NCBI GenBank assembly: GCA_963808625.1
Contig: CAWEHK010000021.1
Coordinates: 105,511 to 169,510 of the forward strand
DNA from: an uncultured delta proteobacterium
GTDB lineage: Bacteria > Desulfobacterota > Syntrophobacteria > Syntrophobacterales > Syntrophobacteraceae
DNA length: 64,000 bases
Reading direction: 5' to 3'
Below, piece by piece: positions 32,444-43,813 of this stretch. Both the position numbers and the translations under genes were made by a program. The notes under the pieces are model-generated. The model did no database searches. It saw only the letters and a program-made list of their open reading frames with translations, and was not told where the DNA came from. Each line of letters starts with the position of its first letter. Position 1 is the first letter of the stretch.

Positions 32444-33000
32444 TTAAGGGTGGCAAGGTTTAAGCCGGACAGAATCGATAGGAAACAAGGCTGAGTGGGC
32501 GAGAATTCGTGGCAGCGACAGGTTGGCCTCGTCTTGAGAATCGAGCAATGCCTCGACTATCCATGAAATTTCCTTGGCGTCACGTGGTTCCATGACTCGT
32601 CCACGTAGATAGATTCCCGGTTTCTTGCCCTCCTGCAGAGCCCCTGACTCAAGAAACGTACTGAGATTGTAGCGAACTGAGCGATAGACGAAGTGACGGT
32701 CCCCGAACCGTTCGCGGATCCGGACGTTGACCTGGGAAGCATGAGCCTCGCCCTGCAAACGGAGAAGGCGCCCCGTTGCCTCGGCGACGTGTGCGATGAA
32801 GGGGTAAGCGGCCATGCACATGCCCCAGTTGAGAAGAAATGCGCTGTCTGCATCGGGCCTGTGGCGGAACATCTCCAAAGCCTCGTCGCGGAGCGCCGTG
32901 CAATAGGCCGGTGGCTTGATCCAGACGCGGTTCAGGTAAACGAAGACCTTCCGGACGGTCTCCTTGCCCTGGTGCCTGTCTTGGCAGGTGAGACAATTAC
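32444..33000 (-). pseudogene. BrxA-like protein of type 3 BREX, N-terminus missing
   Basis: LNRVW...LRDEAL...NWGMCMAAYPF...GRLLRLQG...QV..RI.E.FG.R; recognised by motif memory only. Confidence 0.68.
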
Positions 33001-33164
33001 CCTCGAATGCGGGGATGCTCCAACGAGAGAACTTCGGTGCCAGTCTGTTGGCCGTTTTTCCTGGTCGGGAATACAACCGGCCGGCTTTCCGTTTCATTCG
33101 GCCACCGCAGTTCCATCAGACCACCGCGGCGCTTGGTTGTTGTCACGCTGCGATGTAATGACGG

Positions 33165-33774
33165 TCTTTCACTATGCGCATTCACCCCTTCTGCCCTGTG
33201 GAAGATATTGCACAATCACTATGAGGATTTCAGGGTCGGCTATGACGAGCATTGTGAGAAGCAGTATGGGTTCTTTCGGCCGGTGGTGGATGAAGTCGTC
33301 GAGGAATACTTGAGATGTGGAGACTTGCACGAAGGATTCGCCAGAGTCCGCTGCACAAATCCGGATTGCCGGCATGAATACCTTTTGGCGTTTTCATGCA
33401 AGAGCCGCTGGTTCTGCCCCAGCTGCCATTCCAAGAAAACGATTCAGTTCGGGGAGGACGTTCCCAACAATATCCTTTTCCCTGTGCCGCATCGACAGTT
33501 TGTCTTCAGCATCCCGATCATGCTGCGCATCTATTTCAAATACGACCGGAAGCTCCTGACACGGCTTTACCACTGCGCCAACGACAGCCTGCAGAGGTTC
33601 TTCCGTACGGTGCCGGGCCTTGATGACGGCATCCTGGGGATGGTCATGGTGATCCACACCTTCGGGGATTACGCCAGGTTTCATCCCCATCTTCATGCCA
33701 TCGTCACAGACGGGCTTTTTCGACCTGACGGGACCTTTTACTGCCTCCCCAAGACAGAGTTTAAATGTTCATGA
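33165..33774 (+). mobile_element. IS91-family-like HUH transposase fragment
   Basis: YLRCG, GFARVRC, FSCKSRWFCPSC zinc domain, VPHRQFVFSIP, HTFG..FHPHLH; ends before the Tyr-containing C-terminal half. Confidence 0.88.
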
Positions 33775-33890
33775 AAGGATGTTTCACCCCTGATGATGAA
33801 AATTGATACCCCCAAAGTCCAATGATTTCATGGGGGTTATTTTCACGGTAAAGCAAACAACATCGATTTTTGCCCCTGACCACCTGGCAA

Positions 33891-34400
33891 TCAGCGCGCC
33901 GGGCAGGAGAACTCGCCAATCTTGATTAGGATTTCAGTAAACAGCGCTGATCCGATATGAAACCCGGCTTTTTCGCGAAGCTGAATCATTGCTTCATGTA
34001 TTGAGGGCAGATTCCCCTCTTGTTTGTCTCGAAGCAGTATTCCGAGAGTTCCGGTCACCTTCAGGCCAAAGTCTTTCGCTGTCTTGCGGCCCTCTCGTTC
34101 GTCCAATAAGGTCCACTTCGCATTCAGCTGCAGGGCAAGGGCAATGGCCTCTGCCTCGCCCTTATCGAGATCACGTTGAAGCAACCTCACGAGCGCGCCG
34201 TCCATAGCCTCCTGAACCCGAATCCATCCATCCCCGACCGCTGTCCGCATCTCAACCGAACCGGGCAAATCTTCTTGAATGCGCAGTTCTTGCAGCACAG
34301 AAGGCGGAATCGTTATGCTGCCAAATTGACTCCGAAGCAAATCGAGTCTGCCGATGATTGCCAGATTCAGAAGCGGCGAGGTGTTACTCACAGTTGGCAT
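33891..34400 (-). CDS. DUF3368 PIN-like putative toxin
   Basis: VSNTSPL, LDKGEAEAIALA, LLDEREGR, GTLGIL. Confidence 0.9.
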   Translation of the reverse strand: MPTVSNTSPLLNLAIIGRLDLLRSQFGSITIPPSVLQELRIQEDLPGSVEMRTAVGDGWIRVQEAMDGALVRLLQRDLDKGEAEAIALALQLNAKWTLLDEREGRKTAKDFGLKVTGTLGILLRDKQEGNLPSIHEAMIQLREKAGFHIGSALFTEILIKIGEFSCPAR

Positions 34401-34644
34401 AGATTAGATCGTCCGTCAGTTCTTCCTGACCATAATGCCTTGAGATGCCTCGCAGTCCCAACAAGCAGCCAAATTCATATTTGCCCATTGCTGCAAGTTC
34501 TCTGGCCTTACCGAAAGAGAGGGCTCCTTTCGCGTAAAGGGCAATGGCCAGTTCCACCAAAAGCTCCTGAGCCATCTCACCCTCCGGTATGCGGATAGCG
34601 TCGACCACCGAGTCCGGAATGTGCAATTGTAGCGTCATTGTCAC
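34384..34644 (-). CDS. UPF0175-family putative antitoxin
   Basis: LAIALY...LSFGKARELA..KYEF; overlaps the DUF3368 gene. Confidence 0.88.
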   Translation of the reverse strand: MTMTLQLHIPDSVVDAIRIPEGEMAQELLVELAIALYAKGALSFGKARELAAMGKYEFGCLLGLRGISRHYGQEELTDDLIYANCE

Positions 34645-34751
34645 TCCTGCGCTCTATTTTGCCAGTGATTATGAAAGGCATCTTGGGCAAATATAGCGCG
34701 TTTGCCTTCAGCGTTCAATGCGCAACTTGTCCGCTCGTTCCCAAGCTCCAG

Positions 34752-34930
34752 GGCTTAGGGACAAACCAAGATTTATCAAGGGGATCTGCATTTCCACGCA
34801 CATCTTCTTGAGCAGGTTGGTTTTCCCTGAACCACTTCGTCCAACAACCAAGACTATCTTGTAATAGCAGGTATCGGCATGATTAATAGCCGCACTGTAG
34901 GCCAAATCCTTTAAGATATTCTGACTTTCC
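34752..34930 (-). pseudogene. BrxF-like P-loop protein fragment (type 3 BREX)
   Basis: YYKIVLVVGRSGSGKT...IPLINLGLSLS, stopping at REP-like ctcgttcccaagctccag (34734-34751). Confidence 0.7.
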
Positions 34931-34944
34931 ACTATTTGACGGTG

Positions 34945-34986
34945 TTTATTCGTGTGGCTTCGCAATGCTTCGTGTGCCTTCGTGGA
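34945..34986 (-). repeat. Right arm of CACGAAG palindrome bounding the island
   Basis: Reverse complement tccacgaaggcacacgaagcattgcgaagccacacgaataaa aligns with 31734-31776. Confidence 0.85.
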
Positions 34987-34995
34987 TGAAAGCTT

Positions 34996-37293
34996 TTATT
35001 TTGGACGGAGAGTGCTGCGCAGTTCGTCCAGTTCTTCAAGCATGGCCTGGCTGACCTGGTGGGCGCGCGTCAGGGTTTCAAGCAATGCCTGGCGTTCGGT
35101 GCCGTCGCGTATTTCTTTGGTCCGGAAGATCACCCAGATTCACTTGCACCATGTGTGCCCTGAGCTCGAACTCCCCGAGCAAACGACCGGCTTCTTCGTG
35201 CACGATCCGATACAGATAATCTGATTTGAATTTTGTCCTGGTATTCCTGAAAAGCCTGGGTGAGTTCTTTGCCGGCTTCTTTCTTCAAGAGCTTGGTCGC
35301 TTCCTCGACGAGGGTTTCACGCCGTTTTTCAGTGACGAGCAAATCGCTGGGCCTGCCAGGCTTCGAGCCCAGGCTCCCCAGCAGGCGTGTGAAGCTGGCG
35401 AGACCGAGTTTCATCAGGAGGATACCCCGCCCGATGGCCCCCTGATCCACGAAAGCACTGAAATTCGGGGGTGCGATGGTAAGCCTCTCCCGGCAACTCT
35501 CTTCGGCCGATTCGAACGCTGCAAAGTGGTCCTTGTCAAAGAGTCCCGACCCGCCGCGATAATCTTCCAGGGCGGTGGTAAAGAGGGTCCAGAACGCCTC
35601 TGAGGCCAGCCTGAGCCGTTCACAAAGGGCGGCTTCCTCCTGCTTGGCGAAGGCAATCACCTGCAAATTGACTTTTTCCACGAGGTAGCGCGCCAGGGTC
35701 TGCCGGAATTCCTGATACAGACGATGGAACTGCTGGAAGAGCCGCTTGGTGTCGAGTTGATCCGGCTGCTGTTCCAGGTGGATGGGATAGTTTTCCACCG
35801 CTTCCAGGGTTTCTTTGACGATACGACTCTGCGCAAAATCAAAATAGGGGTCCACCGCCCGGTCGATCTCGTCCCGAAGCGAGAGCTGCAGCCCGGAGAT
35901 CGCATTCCTGAGCGTCTCCAGTGAGCCCAGGAGCCGCTCTCCCCTGTCCTTCAGGCCTGCCGCCGCCTGCCGTCGACCCTCGCGGCCCTGATCGAGGAGC
36001 TCCCTCTGCGCCGCGGCCGTGTTCATCACACTGCCGGCAACCATGCCGAGGCGGCTGAGGCCGCTTCCGCAGAGGACCCGAAACCTTTGCCCACAAATCT
36101 CCTGGCTCAACGATTCCCGAAAGGCGTTGAAACCGGTTTCCGTCATTTGCGCCAGCGCCGCTTCTTCCTGCCATAGTTGCAGGTGCCGCCGTTCCCGCTC
36201 GGTCGCCGCATCCTCCAGTTGGGCAATAAGATGGTAGAGGGCCGAGAAGATGAAGAAGCGGGGGTCGCGCACCACCCAGGAGAGTTCGCTTCGGACGCGA
36301 TCCGCCAGGCGTTCCAGATCTTCCTGATGGGGGTGATCATCGAGGTCGGCATTCAGGACGAAGAAGGTCTGGGGAAACATTTTCAGGGTCTTGATAAAGT
36401 CGAGGAGTCGAAAATCGGCTTCCCGCAAACCCGACCGGCTGCTCACGACGTAGAGGATAAAATGGCTCCTGAGCAGATATTGCTGCAACAGAGCAAAATG
36501 AAGCGGGTTGGGTGAATCGATGCCCTGGCAGTCGGCAAGTTCGATGCCTTCTCCCAGCCAGGTGACGGGGTAGTGGAGCTCCATGTCCCGGAGATAAACC
36601 GCCTGTCCCTCGGAACCCACATAATCGCTGGTGCTGCTCCAGGGAATGCTCGTCGAACACGAGCCGATACTTCGTGTCACCAAGAAACTGGTGCACCCGT
36701 CCATAGCCCTCGAGGTAACCCCGCACCAGCATATGACTCGGGTCGAGGTGGCCATCCTTATGCCGCCATTCATCCTGCATCCGCGTCAGCAGGAGCTTGA
36801 GCCGCTCACGATCGTCGGCGTTGCGGAGATCGAGTGAATGATTTTCATCCACCAGTTCGTAATAATGAGGGAGCATCTTCAGGGTGGTATTCAGTTCGTC
36901 CAGGATTTGCGGCCAGGGTTTGAATTCGACCCAGCCTTCGGTTTTACCGTTGGTGATGAGGCGCGTGATGAAAGCGGTGATGATCCCTGCTCCCCGCTTG
37001 AGGAGGTCTCTTCCCACCAGGGCATTGATGAGGGTACTCTTGCCCGATTTGACCGTTCCCACCACGGCAATGCGCAACAGCGGGTCTTCCAGTGAGGATG
37101 TGACCTGGACCAATTGCTCTTGCCACCGGGCGGATGCAGCTTCTTCAACAACCTTGGAGGATTCGATCTCCCGAATGGTTTCTCCAAGGATCGCCACCCG
37201 CTGAGCAATCTTCTTCTTGAATTCACGATATTCGGTCATGGCTCGCCGCCGTCCGGGTTTGGCGGGCGTTTCGCTCTTCTTCTTTCTTGGCAC
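34996..37293 (-). CDS. Bacterial dynamin-like GTPase (frameshifted; start 37293 or 37239)
   Basis: IAVVGTVKSGKSTLINALVG, ELADCQGIDS, long helical stalk; pieces 36337-37293, 35130-36773, tail ends LRPK*. Confidence 0.82.
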
Positions 37294-37366
37294 CCTGAAG
37301 CTCCTTATTCGGAAATAATCTTATGGACTGCCAGAAGGGTCTGAGTAACTATTCTTTGACTCACCG

Positions 37367-38311
37367 TCAGAGACGCAGAAGGGACGCAGAGAATCGAAGA
37401 ATCCATTCCAGAATTTCATTCCTGCTATCCGCATGAAACCAGCGAAATTCCGGGTCTCCCCGGAACCAGGTCAGCTGCCTCTTGGCATACTGACGGGTCG
37501 CCTGCTGCATTTCCGAGACGGCCGAGTCCCAGGAGGAAACGCCTCGCAGGTACGCCGCCATCTGCTTGTAACCCAGCGACTGCATGGGCTTCAGCTCGGG
37601 TCCGTAGCCCCTTGCCAGGAGTTGTCGCACCTCTTCGAGCAGACCCTCGTCGATCATCTGCAGCACGCGACGGTTGATTCGCTCATACAAGACATTGCGC
37701 TCGCGGTATAGGAAAATCTTAATGCTTCGGTAAATCCTCTCGTTGAAACGATGCTGCGCCTGCCGGAGCGAGAGGGGGCTCCCGGTCAGCCGATAGACTT
37801 CCAGTGCCCTCATGATGCGCTGGCGGTCATGAGGATGGATGCGTTGTCCCGCTTCCGGGTCGACCTCGCGCAATTCCTGGTGCAGGCTCGCCAGACCTCG
37901 ATCCTCCAGCTCGCGGAGCAGTTGCTGCTTAAGCTCCGGGTCTCCGGGGGCGTCGGGGCAAATGCCCCTGGTGAGGACCTTCATGTAAAGACCTGTTCCC
38001 CCGACGATGAGCGGGACCTTGCCCCGGTCCTGGAGGGTTTCGATCACCGGCCGTGCGAGCTCGGCATAGCGTGCTGCATCGAGGGGTTCATCCGGGTCGG
38101 CCACATCGAGGAGATGGTGAGGGACGAGCGCGCGCTGTTCGGGAGTGGGCTTGGCCGTGCCGATATCCATGGTGCGGTATACCTGCATGGAGTCGGCATT
38201 GATGATCTCGGTCCCAAGGCGAAGGGCAAGCTCCAGGGCCAGTTCGGTCTTGCCGACTGCCGTTGGTCCTGCGAGGAGGATAAGCGGAGGAGAGTCGTGG
38301 GAGTAGGACAT
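37367..38311 (-). CDS. miaA: tRNA dimethylallyltransferase
   Basis: GPTAVGKT, DSMQVY, DIGTAKP, GGTGLY, YAKRQLTWF. Confidence 0.98.
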   Translation of the reverse strand: MSYSHDSPPLILLAGPTAVGKTELALELALRLGTEIINADSMQVYRTMDIGTAKPTPEQRALVPHHLLDVADPDEPLDAARYAELARPVIETLQDRGKVPLIVGGTGLYMKVLTRGICPDAPGDPELKQQLLRELEDRGLASLHQELREVDPEAGQRIHPHDRQRIMRALEVYRLTGSPLSLRQAQHRFNERIYRSIKIFLYRERNVLYERINRRVLQMIDEGLLEEVRQLLARGYGPELKPMQSLGYKQMAAYLRGVSSWDSAVSEMQQATRQYAKRQLTWFRGDPEFRWFHADSRNEILEWILRFSASLLRL

Positions 38312-38333
38312 TCAATGATTACCTGTTCATCGC

Positions 38334-38406
38334 CCATCAACCATCAACTATCAACTATCAACTATCAACCATCAACCATCAACTATCAACCATCAACCAT
38401 CAACCA
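38334..38406. repeat. 7-mer tandem array (CYATCAA) x10
   Basis: Fills the mutL-miaA gap. Confidence 0.95.
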
Positions 38407-38407
38407 C

Positions 38408-40236
38408 TCACGTTCGATGGAAAAGCCGGGCGATTTCATCATAGGTGAGCTTGAACCAGAGCGGGCGACCGTGCGGGCAGGTGGCGGCAATCTGGGTCCG
38501 GTCCAGAGTCTGAAGCAGGTGGCGCACCTCTTCGATGACCAGCCTCTGGTTCGCCTTAATCGCCCGATGACATGCGGCGGTCTTCGCCAATTCATAGAGG
38601 AGGCTCCACTGGGGGCTATGCACGTCCTCGGAGGCGCTCTCCAACAGGTCGCGAAGCAGGGCTTCCGGCGAGCAGTCGTCAAGGACCGCGGGGACCGAGT
38701 GCACCACAAAGGAATCTCCGCCAAAGGGCTCGATTTCAAAGCCCAGAACCTTGAGATGGCTCAGCCACTGTCGTAACGTCGCCGCTTCGCGGGGCAGGAG
38801 CTCCACCACCACCGACCGGACCAGCCTCTGGGCGGGTTCCCGCGACGATGAGGAAGAGAGCCGGTCGTAGATGATTCGCTCATGGGCCGCATGCTGGTCG
38901 ATCATGATGAGTCCATCCTCGGCTTCGAGCAGGAGGTAACTTTGGGCCAGTTGTCCCAAATAGGGCAGTCGTGAAAAAGATGGCTCCCCGGCCGGAAGCA
39001 AACCCGTGTCGAACGGACTTTGAAGGGGTGCGTCGATGGCCCCGCCGCCGGCTGACGCAAACCGGTCCGCAACCGGTCCCTGTAAGGCATCGATCTGGCG
39101 GGGCACGGTAACGGGATTCCCTTGCGGCGAGGCGCCAAGGCCGCCGGCGATGGGGACCGGTGTCTCGTGGGCATACTGGCTTCTGGGAAAGGAACGGTAT
39201 GACTGCATGGGGGCAAGGCGGTGGAATAGAGTTCCGTCTGCGGAATCGGGGCACCCTCCAGTGTTTGCCGCAAGGTTTCCCGCACCGCTTCCATGATTTC
39301 GCCCGGATTGCGAAAGCGAATTTCGCGCTTGGTCGGATGCACATTCACATCCACGAGAGCGGGCGGGACCTCAACAAAGAGCACGACGACCGGAAATTTC
39401 CCCCTGGCGATGACCGTTTCGTAGGCGCTGAGAATCGCGCGGTTGAGCATCCGGTCCCAGACGGCCCGCCCATTCACATAGGCAAAGAGATGGCCGGGGC
39501 CGGGCCGCTGTAAATCGGGGGTACTCATTAACCCGTGAATCCTGACCAGTTGGCTCTCCCTCGAGAAGGGCTGCAGTTTGGCCATGACACCCGTTCCCAG
39601 GACCTGGCCGGCACGCTCGATCCGGTCTTTTACCTGGGGGAAATCGTACACTTGCCGGTCCTGATGGCTGACCCGGAAATGGACCTCCGGGCAGGCCAGG
39701 GATAGCCGAAGAAACTGGTCGCTGATATGGGAGAACTCGTTGTCGACCGAGCGCAAAAACTTGCGCCGGGCCGGAATATTGTAGAACAGATCGCGCACGG
39801 TGACCGTGGTCCCCGCAGGACAGCCGGTTTCCCGAACCGATTTCAGGACCCCGCCGTCAAGGCGGATGACGACCCCCGACAGCGCCTCGGACTCCCTCGT
39901 CACCAGTTCAAACCGACTGACCGCGGCGATGCTGGGCAGGGCCTCCCCTCTGAAACCCAGCGAGCGGATCGACTGCAGGTCTTCGATGGCCCTGATTTTG
40001 CTCGTGGCATGCCGCTCCAGGGCCAGCAGCGCGTCATCGGGCGACATCCCCGCGCCGTCATCCACCACCCGAATCTCCTTGCGGCCTCCCTGAACCAACG
40101 TCAGAGAGATCTTCCGGCTGCCTGCGTCGATGCTGTTTTCCAGCAACTCCTTGACCACGGCTGCGGGTCTTTCAACGACTTCACCCGCCGCGATCTGGTT
40201 GCAGATGATATCCGGAAGAATGGTGATTTTGGCCAT
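38408..40236 (-). CDS. mutL: DNA mismatch repair protein MutL (indel in linker)
   Basis: IAAGEVVERP, GFRGEAL, DVNVHPTK; C-terminal DQHAAHER, ACH, CPHGRP. Confidence 0.97.
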
Positions 40237-40429
40237 ATGTCGTTCTCCTTGGCAAGCACCATCATTATAGATTGCCCGAGCTTTCTCCACAAGTCCTAAC
40301 CTTCCAAATCTATTGACAGATATGGACCATTCCAGTATGCAGGTGATTAATTCGAGCTCAGTCTGCCGCCCCGCGCTCTCTCGCTCCCGCTGGTCTTCTT
40401 GGAATGAATGAAAAGAGGCGAGACCCAGG

Positions 40430-41873
40430 ATGAACGCTAATCCCTATCAATCGTTGGTGAGCCTTCTCAGTAATGTGCTGGAGGCATACACTACCGCCTT
40501 TTTCGTGTTCGACTCGCGAACGCGACAGCTCCATCTGGTGGCTTCGCAATCCCTCAGCAAATTTGTCCGGGAAACGGTTTCTCTCCCTCTGGAACAGAGC
40601 GGTATTCTCTCGCAGGTTCACAAGATCGGCCAGACGATCCATCTCGACAAGCTCAAGGAAGACTTCCCTGACCCTGCCCACCACGGTGCCCTTTTACCGT
40701 GAAGGGGAAGCGCTCCTCAAAGCGATCTACGCCATGCCCGTGGGCGATGGCGCGGGCGTGCTCTACGTCGACACCAAGTATGGGTGGGGATTCAGCGACA
40801 AACAGCAGAAGTGGATTCAGGAAATCGCCGCGGTCCTTCACCAGCTCCTCCAGCGACAGGAGAGCCAGGCACAGCAGCAGGACAGCGCCGGTATTCTTGC
40901 CTTCTGGTACAAGGTGGATGAAATCGTCCATGCCGGGCAGTCGGTGATCGAATCAAGCAAACGCTTTACTGGTGAGTGCGCGAGACTTCTGAGCAGTGAC
41001 TACGGCTTTATCGCCCTCAAAGAATACGGCCGGCCTCACTACCACCTGCTGGCGGGCACCCCCAATGTCCCTCCGACACTGCTTGAGCAGCGTTTCCTGG
41101 TGAAGCAGGGGCTCGCCGGCTGGGTTTTTCAAAATGACAAGGAGATATCGATCCCCAGGCTGAACCCACAGACCCCGGAGCACTTCCTGTTTACCCCGGC
41201 AGAGGGTCTGCCCCATCATGGCGCCCTCTGGGCACTGCCCGTCCCGATGGCCCTGGGACATACGCTGGCGCTGATTTTCCTGTCGCAGGCTCCCCGTGAA
41301 TGGGACCCGGACAACCAGCGTGCGGTATCCTGCGCCCTGCGTTCGTTTGCGCTCCATCTCGACCAATTCAGTTTGAAAGAGGAGTGCGACCAACTTCACA
41401 CCTATGACCTTTCCACAGGAATTCTCAATGGCATGGCTTTTACCGCCAGAATGGAAGAGCTCCTGGCAACCTCGATGCAGCACAGCACGCCCTTCGCTCT
41501 CGCACTGATGCAGTTCGAACCCTGGCACATGCTGCACACGACCGCATCACCGAAACAAATCCTGCAATTCCAGCGGGAACTGGCTTCGAGCCTGAGTATC
41601 TTGGCCCCGTCGGAGGTTTGCCTGGCGCAAATCGCAGAAAACCGCCTGGGTTTCCTCTTTCCGCACATGTCGTTTCAGGACGCCAAGCCCATCCTTACCC
41701 ATCTGATGGATCGGGGGAAACAGATTCTCGGCAGCTATTTCAAGGGGATGAGAGTGAGATCTTATCTTGGGCTGGTCGGTTATCCCCAGGATGGCACCAG
41801 GATCGAGGAATTATGGCCCCTCGCTTATCGGCGTCTCTATTCCGGACTCCATGTGAAGGCGGTTGATGGTTGA
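40430..41873 (+). CDS. GAF-GAF-degenerate GGDEF-like protein (indel near 40660)
   Basis: GAF-like LHLVASQSLS/GVLYVD, GLAGWVF; C-terminal YDLSTGILN...FALAL...YPQDG. Confidence 0.72.
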
Positions 41874-41939
41874 TGGTTGATAGTTGATGGTTGATAGTTG
41901 ATGGTTGATGGTTGAAGGTTGATAGTTCATGGTTGATGG
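41861..41939. repeat. 7-mer tandem array (GTTGATR) x~11
   Basis: Begins in the last codons of the gene and supplies its stop; reverse complement of the 38334 array. Confidence 0.95.
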
Positions 41940-42054
41940 GTAAGGGGTGATGGTTGACGAAAGTGATTGACCGAACAGGGCATCCTCTATAGACTTTACG
42001 CCCGTTGAAAGAGCGCGGGAACACAGATAAAACGGCGGGGAAGAAGAGCTTCGT

Positions 42055-43077
42055 ATGCTTAATCGTCTATTAGGGTTCCTTTCCAAAGATCTGGCCATGG
42101 ACCTCGGTACGGCCAATACCCTGATCTATCTCAGAGGCAGGGGTGTGGTCCTCAATGAGCCTTCGGTAGTGGCCATCAATCAGGAATCCCACCAGGTCAT
42201 TGCCGTTGGCCAGGAAGCAAGGAATATCATCGGTCGTCACGGGCAGCGGGTCGCCACCATCCGTCCGCTCAAGGATGGCGTGATCGCCGACTTTGAAGTC
42301 ACCAGTATCATGATCAAGTATTTCCTGGCGAAGATTCTGAAGGGCCGTCAGCTCTTTCGTCCCAGGCTGGTCGTGGCCGTGCCGACCGGGATCACTTCGG
42401 TCGAGAAGCGGGCCGTGATCGAGGCTGCCGAGCAGGCGGGAGCGAGGCAGATCCACCTCGTCGAGGAACCCATGGCGGCTGCCATCGGGACCGGTTTGCC
42501 GGTTGATCAACCCTTTGGCAATATGGTTGTTGATATTGGCGGCGGGACCACGGAAGTTGCGGTGATTTCCATGTTTGCGGTGGCCTACAGCGAATCGGTG
42601 CGGGTGGCCGGAGACGAGGCCAACGATGCCATTGTGCGCTACGTCCAGCGCGAGCGCCAGATGATCATCAGCGAGATTCTGGCGGAAAAAGTGAAGATGA
42701 AGATCGGTTCGGCGGCGCCGTTGGTCAGTCCCGAATCCATGAATATCACCGGGAAAGACATTCTCAGCGGCATCCCGAAAACCTTTACGGTAACGGACGA
42801 CGAAATCCGCGAAGCGATCAAGGAGCCGGTCCTGGTGATCGTCGATTCCGTGAAACGCGCGCTCGAAAAGACGCCTCCCGAACTGGCTGCAGATATCCAC
42901 GACAAGGGATTCTGGCTGGCTGGAGGGGGCGCCTTGATCCGAGGGCTCGACCAGTTGCTTACTCAAGTTACCGGTATTAAAGTGCATGTCGCAGACGATC
43001 CCCTTACCTCAGTCGCGCGCGGGGCCGGGATGGTGATCGACCATATGGACTTCTTCCGCCAGGTTTTCATTAACTGA
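42055..43077 (+). CDS. mreB: Rod shape-determining protein MreB-like actin
   Basis: DLGTANT, NEPSVVA, DGVIADF, DIGGGTTE, GGGAL; no mreC follows. Confidence 0.95.
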   Translation: MLNRLLGFLSKDLAMDLGTANTLIYLRGRGVVLNEPSVVAINQESHQVIAVGQEARNIIGRHGQRVATIRPLKDGVIADFEVTSIMIKYFLAKILKGRQLFRPRLVVAVPTGITSVEKRAVIEAAEQAGARQIHLVEEPMAAAIGTGLPVDQPFGNMVVDIGGGTTEVAVISMFAVAYSESVRVAGDEANDAIVRYVQRERQMIISEILAEKVKMKIGSAAPLVSPESMNITGKDILSGIPKTFTVTDDEIREAIKEPVLVIVDSVKRALEKTPPELAADIHDKGFWLAGGGALIRGLDQLLTQVTGIKVHVADDPLTSVARGAGMVIDHMDFFRQVFIN

Positions 43078-43134
43078 GGCAGGGTCGCTTGACCACTGAC
43101 CCCTGACCACTTCTTTACAACCAAGGAGAGCGCC

Positions 43135-43813
43135 ATGTACGTGGGCTGGAATATGAAGACGAACCTGGTCACCGTATCACCTGAGACGTCCATTTTCAGG
43201 GCTCGGGAATTGATGGACGCGCGCAGGATTTCGCAGCTCCCGGTTACGGATGGCCGGGCTCACCTCCTGGGAATTGTGACCGACCGGGACTTGAAGGAGG
43301 CTTGGGCCTCACCCGCAACGACCCTGAGTGTTCACGAACTGACCTACGTGCTCCAGAAGCTGACCGTGGCGAATATCATGACCAAGAAAGTCATTACCGC
43401 GACCCCGGATATGACCATCGAACGGGCCGCACGCCTCATCCACGATCATAAGATCAGCGCCCTGCCGGTGATCAAGGATGATAAACTGGTGGGGATTATC
43501 ACCATCATCGACCTCTTGGAAGTCCTGCTCATGGCCCTCGGTCTGAGCGAAGACAGCAGCCGGCATCTCGCTTCTCGTGCGTGACCGCATCGGCGTCCTG
43601 GCAGAAGTTACAGGCTGGATGCAGCGCTCGGAGATCAACATTCGCAGCGTCATGATCATGCCTCTTCCAAACCATCCCGATATTTGGCAATTGATCCTGC
43701 GCGTATATCTGAAAGATGCCTCCAAAGCCGCCAGTGTCCTGACAGAGGCCGGCTTCAAGGTAATCACCGAATACGTCGAGGACCTCACTGCGTTCCTGCC
43801 CGAGCCCAGCTAG
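43135..43813 (+). CDS. CBS-pair plus ACT protein (AcuB-like), indel near 43562
   Basis: GIVTDRDL, SPATTLSVHEL, LVGIIT; shifted RDRIGVLAEV ACT domain. Confidence 0.88.

Noticed and set aside
38408..40236. mutL frameshift as a real mutator allele explaining the other indels
   Set aside because: Cannot be separated from the background error, and simultaneous true loss of many core genes is implausible.
38334..41939. Inverted CCATCAA/TTGATGG arrays as ends of a mobile unit carrying mutL
   Set aside because: Both arrays simply follow the stop of divergent genes in the same mRNA sense, and mutL-miaA is a standard conserved linkage.
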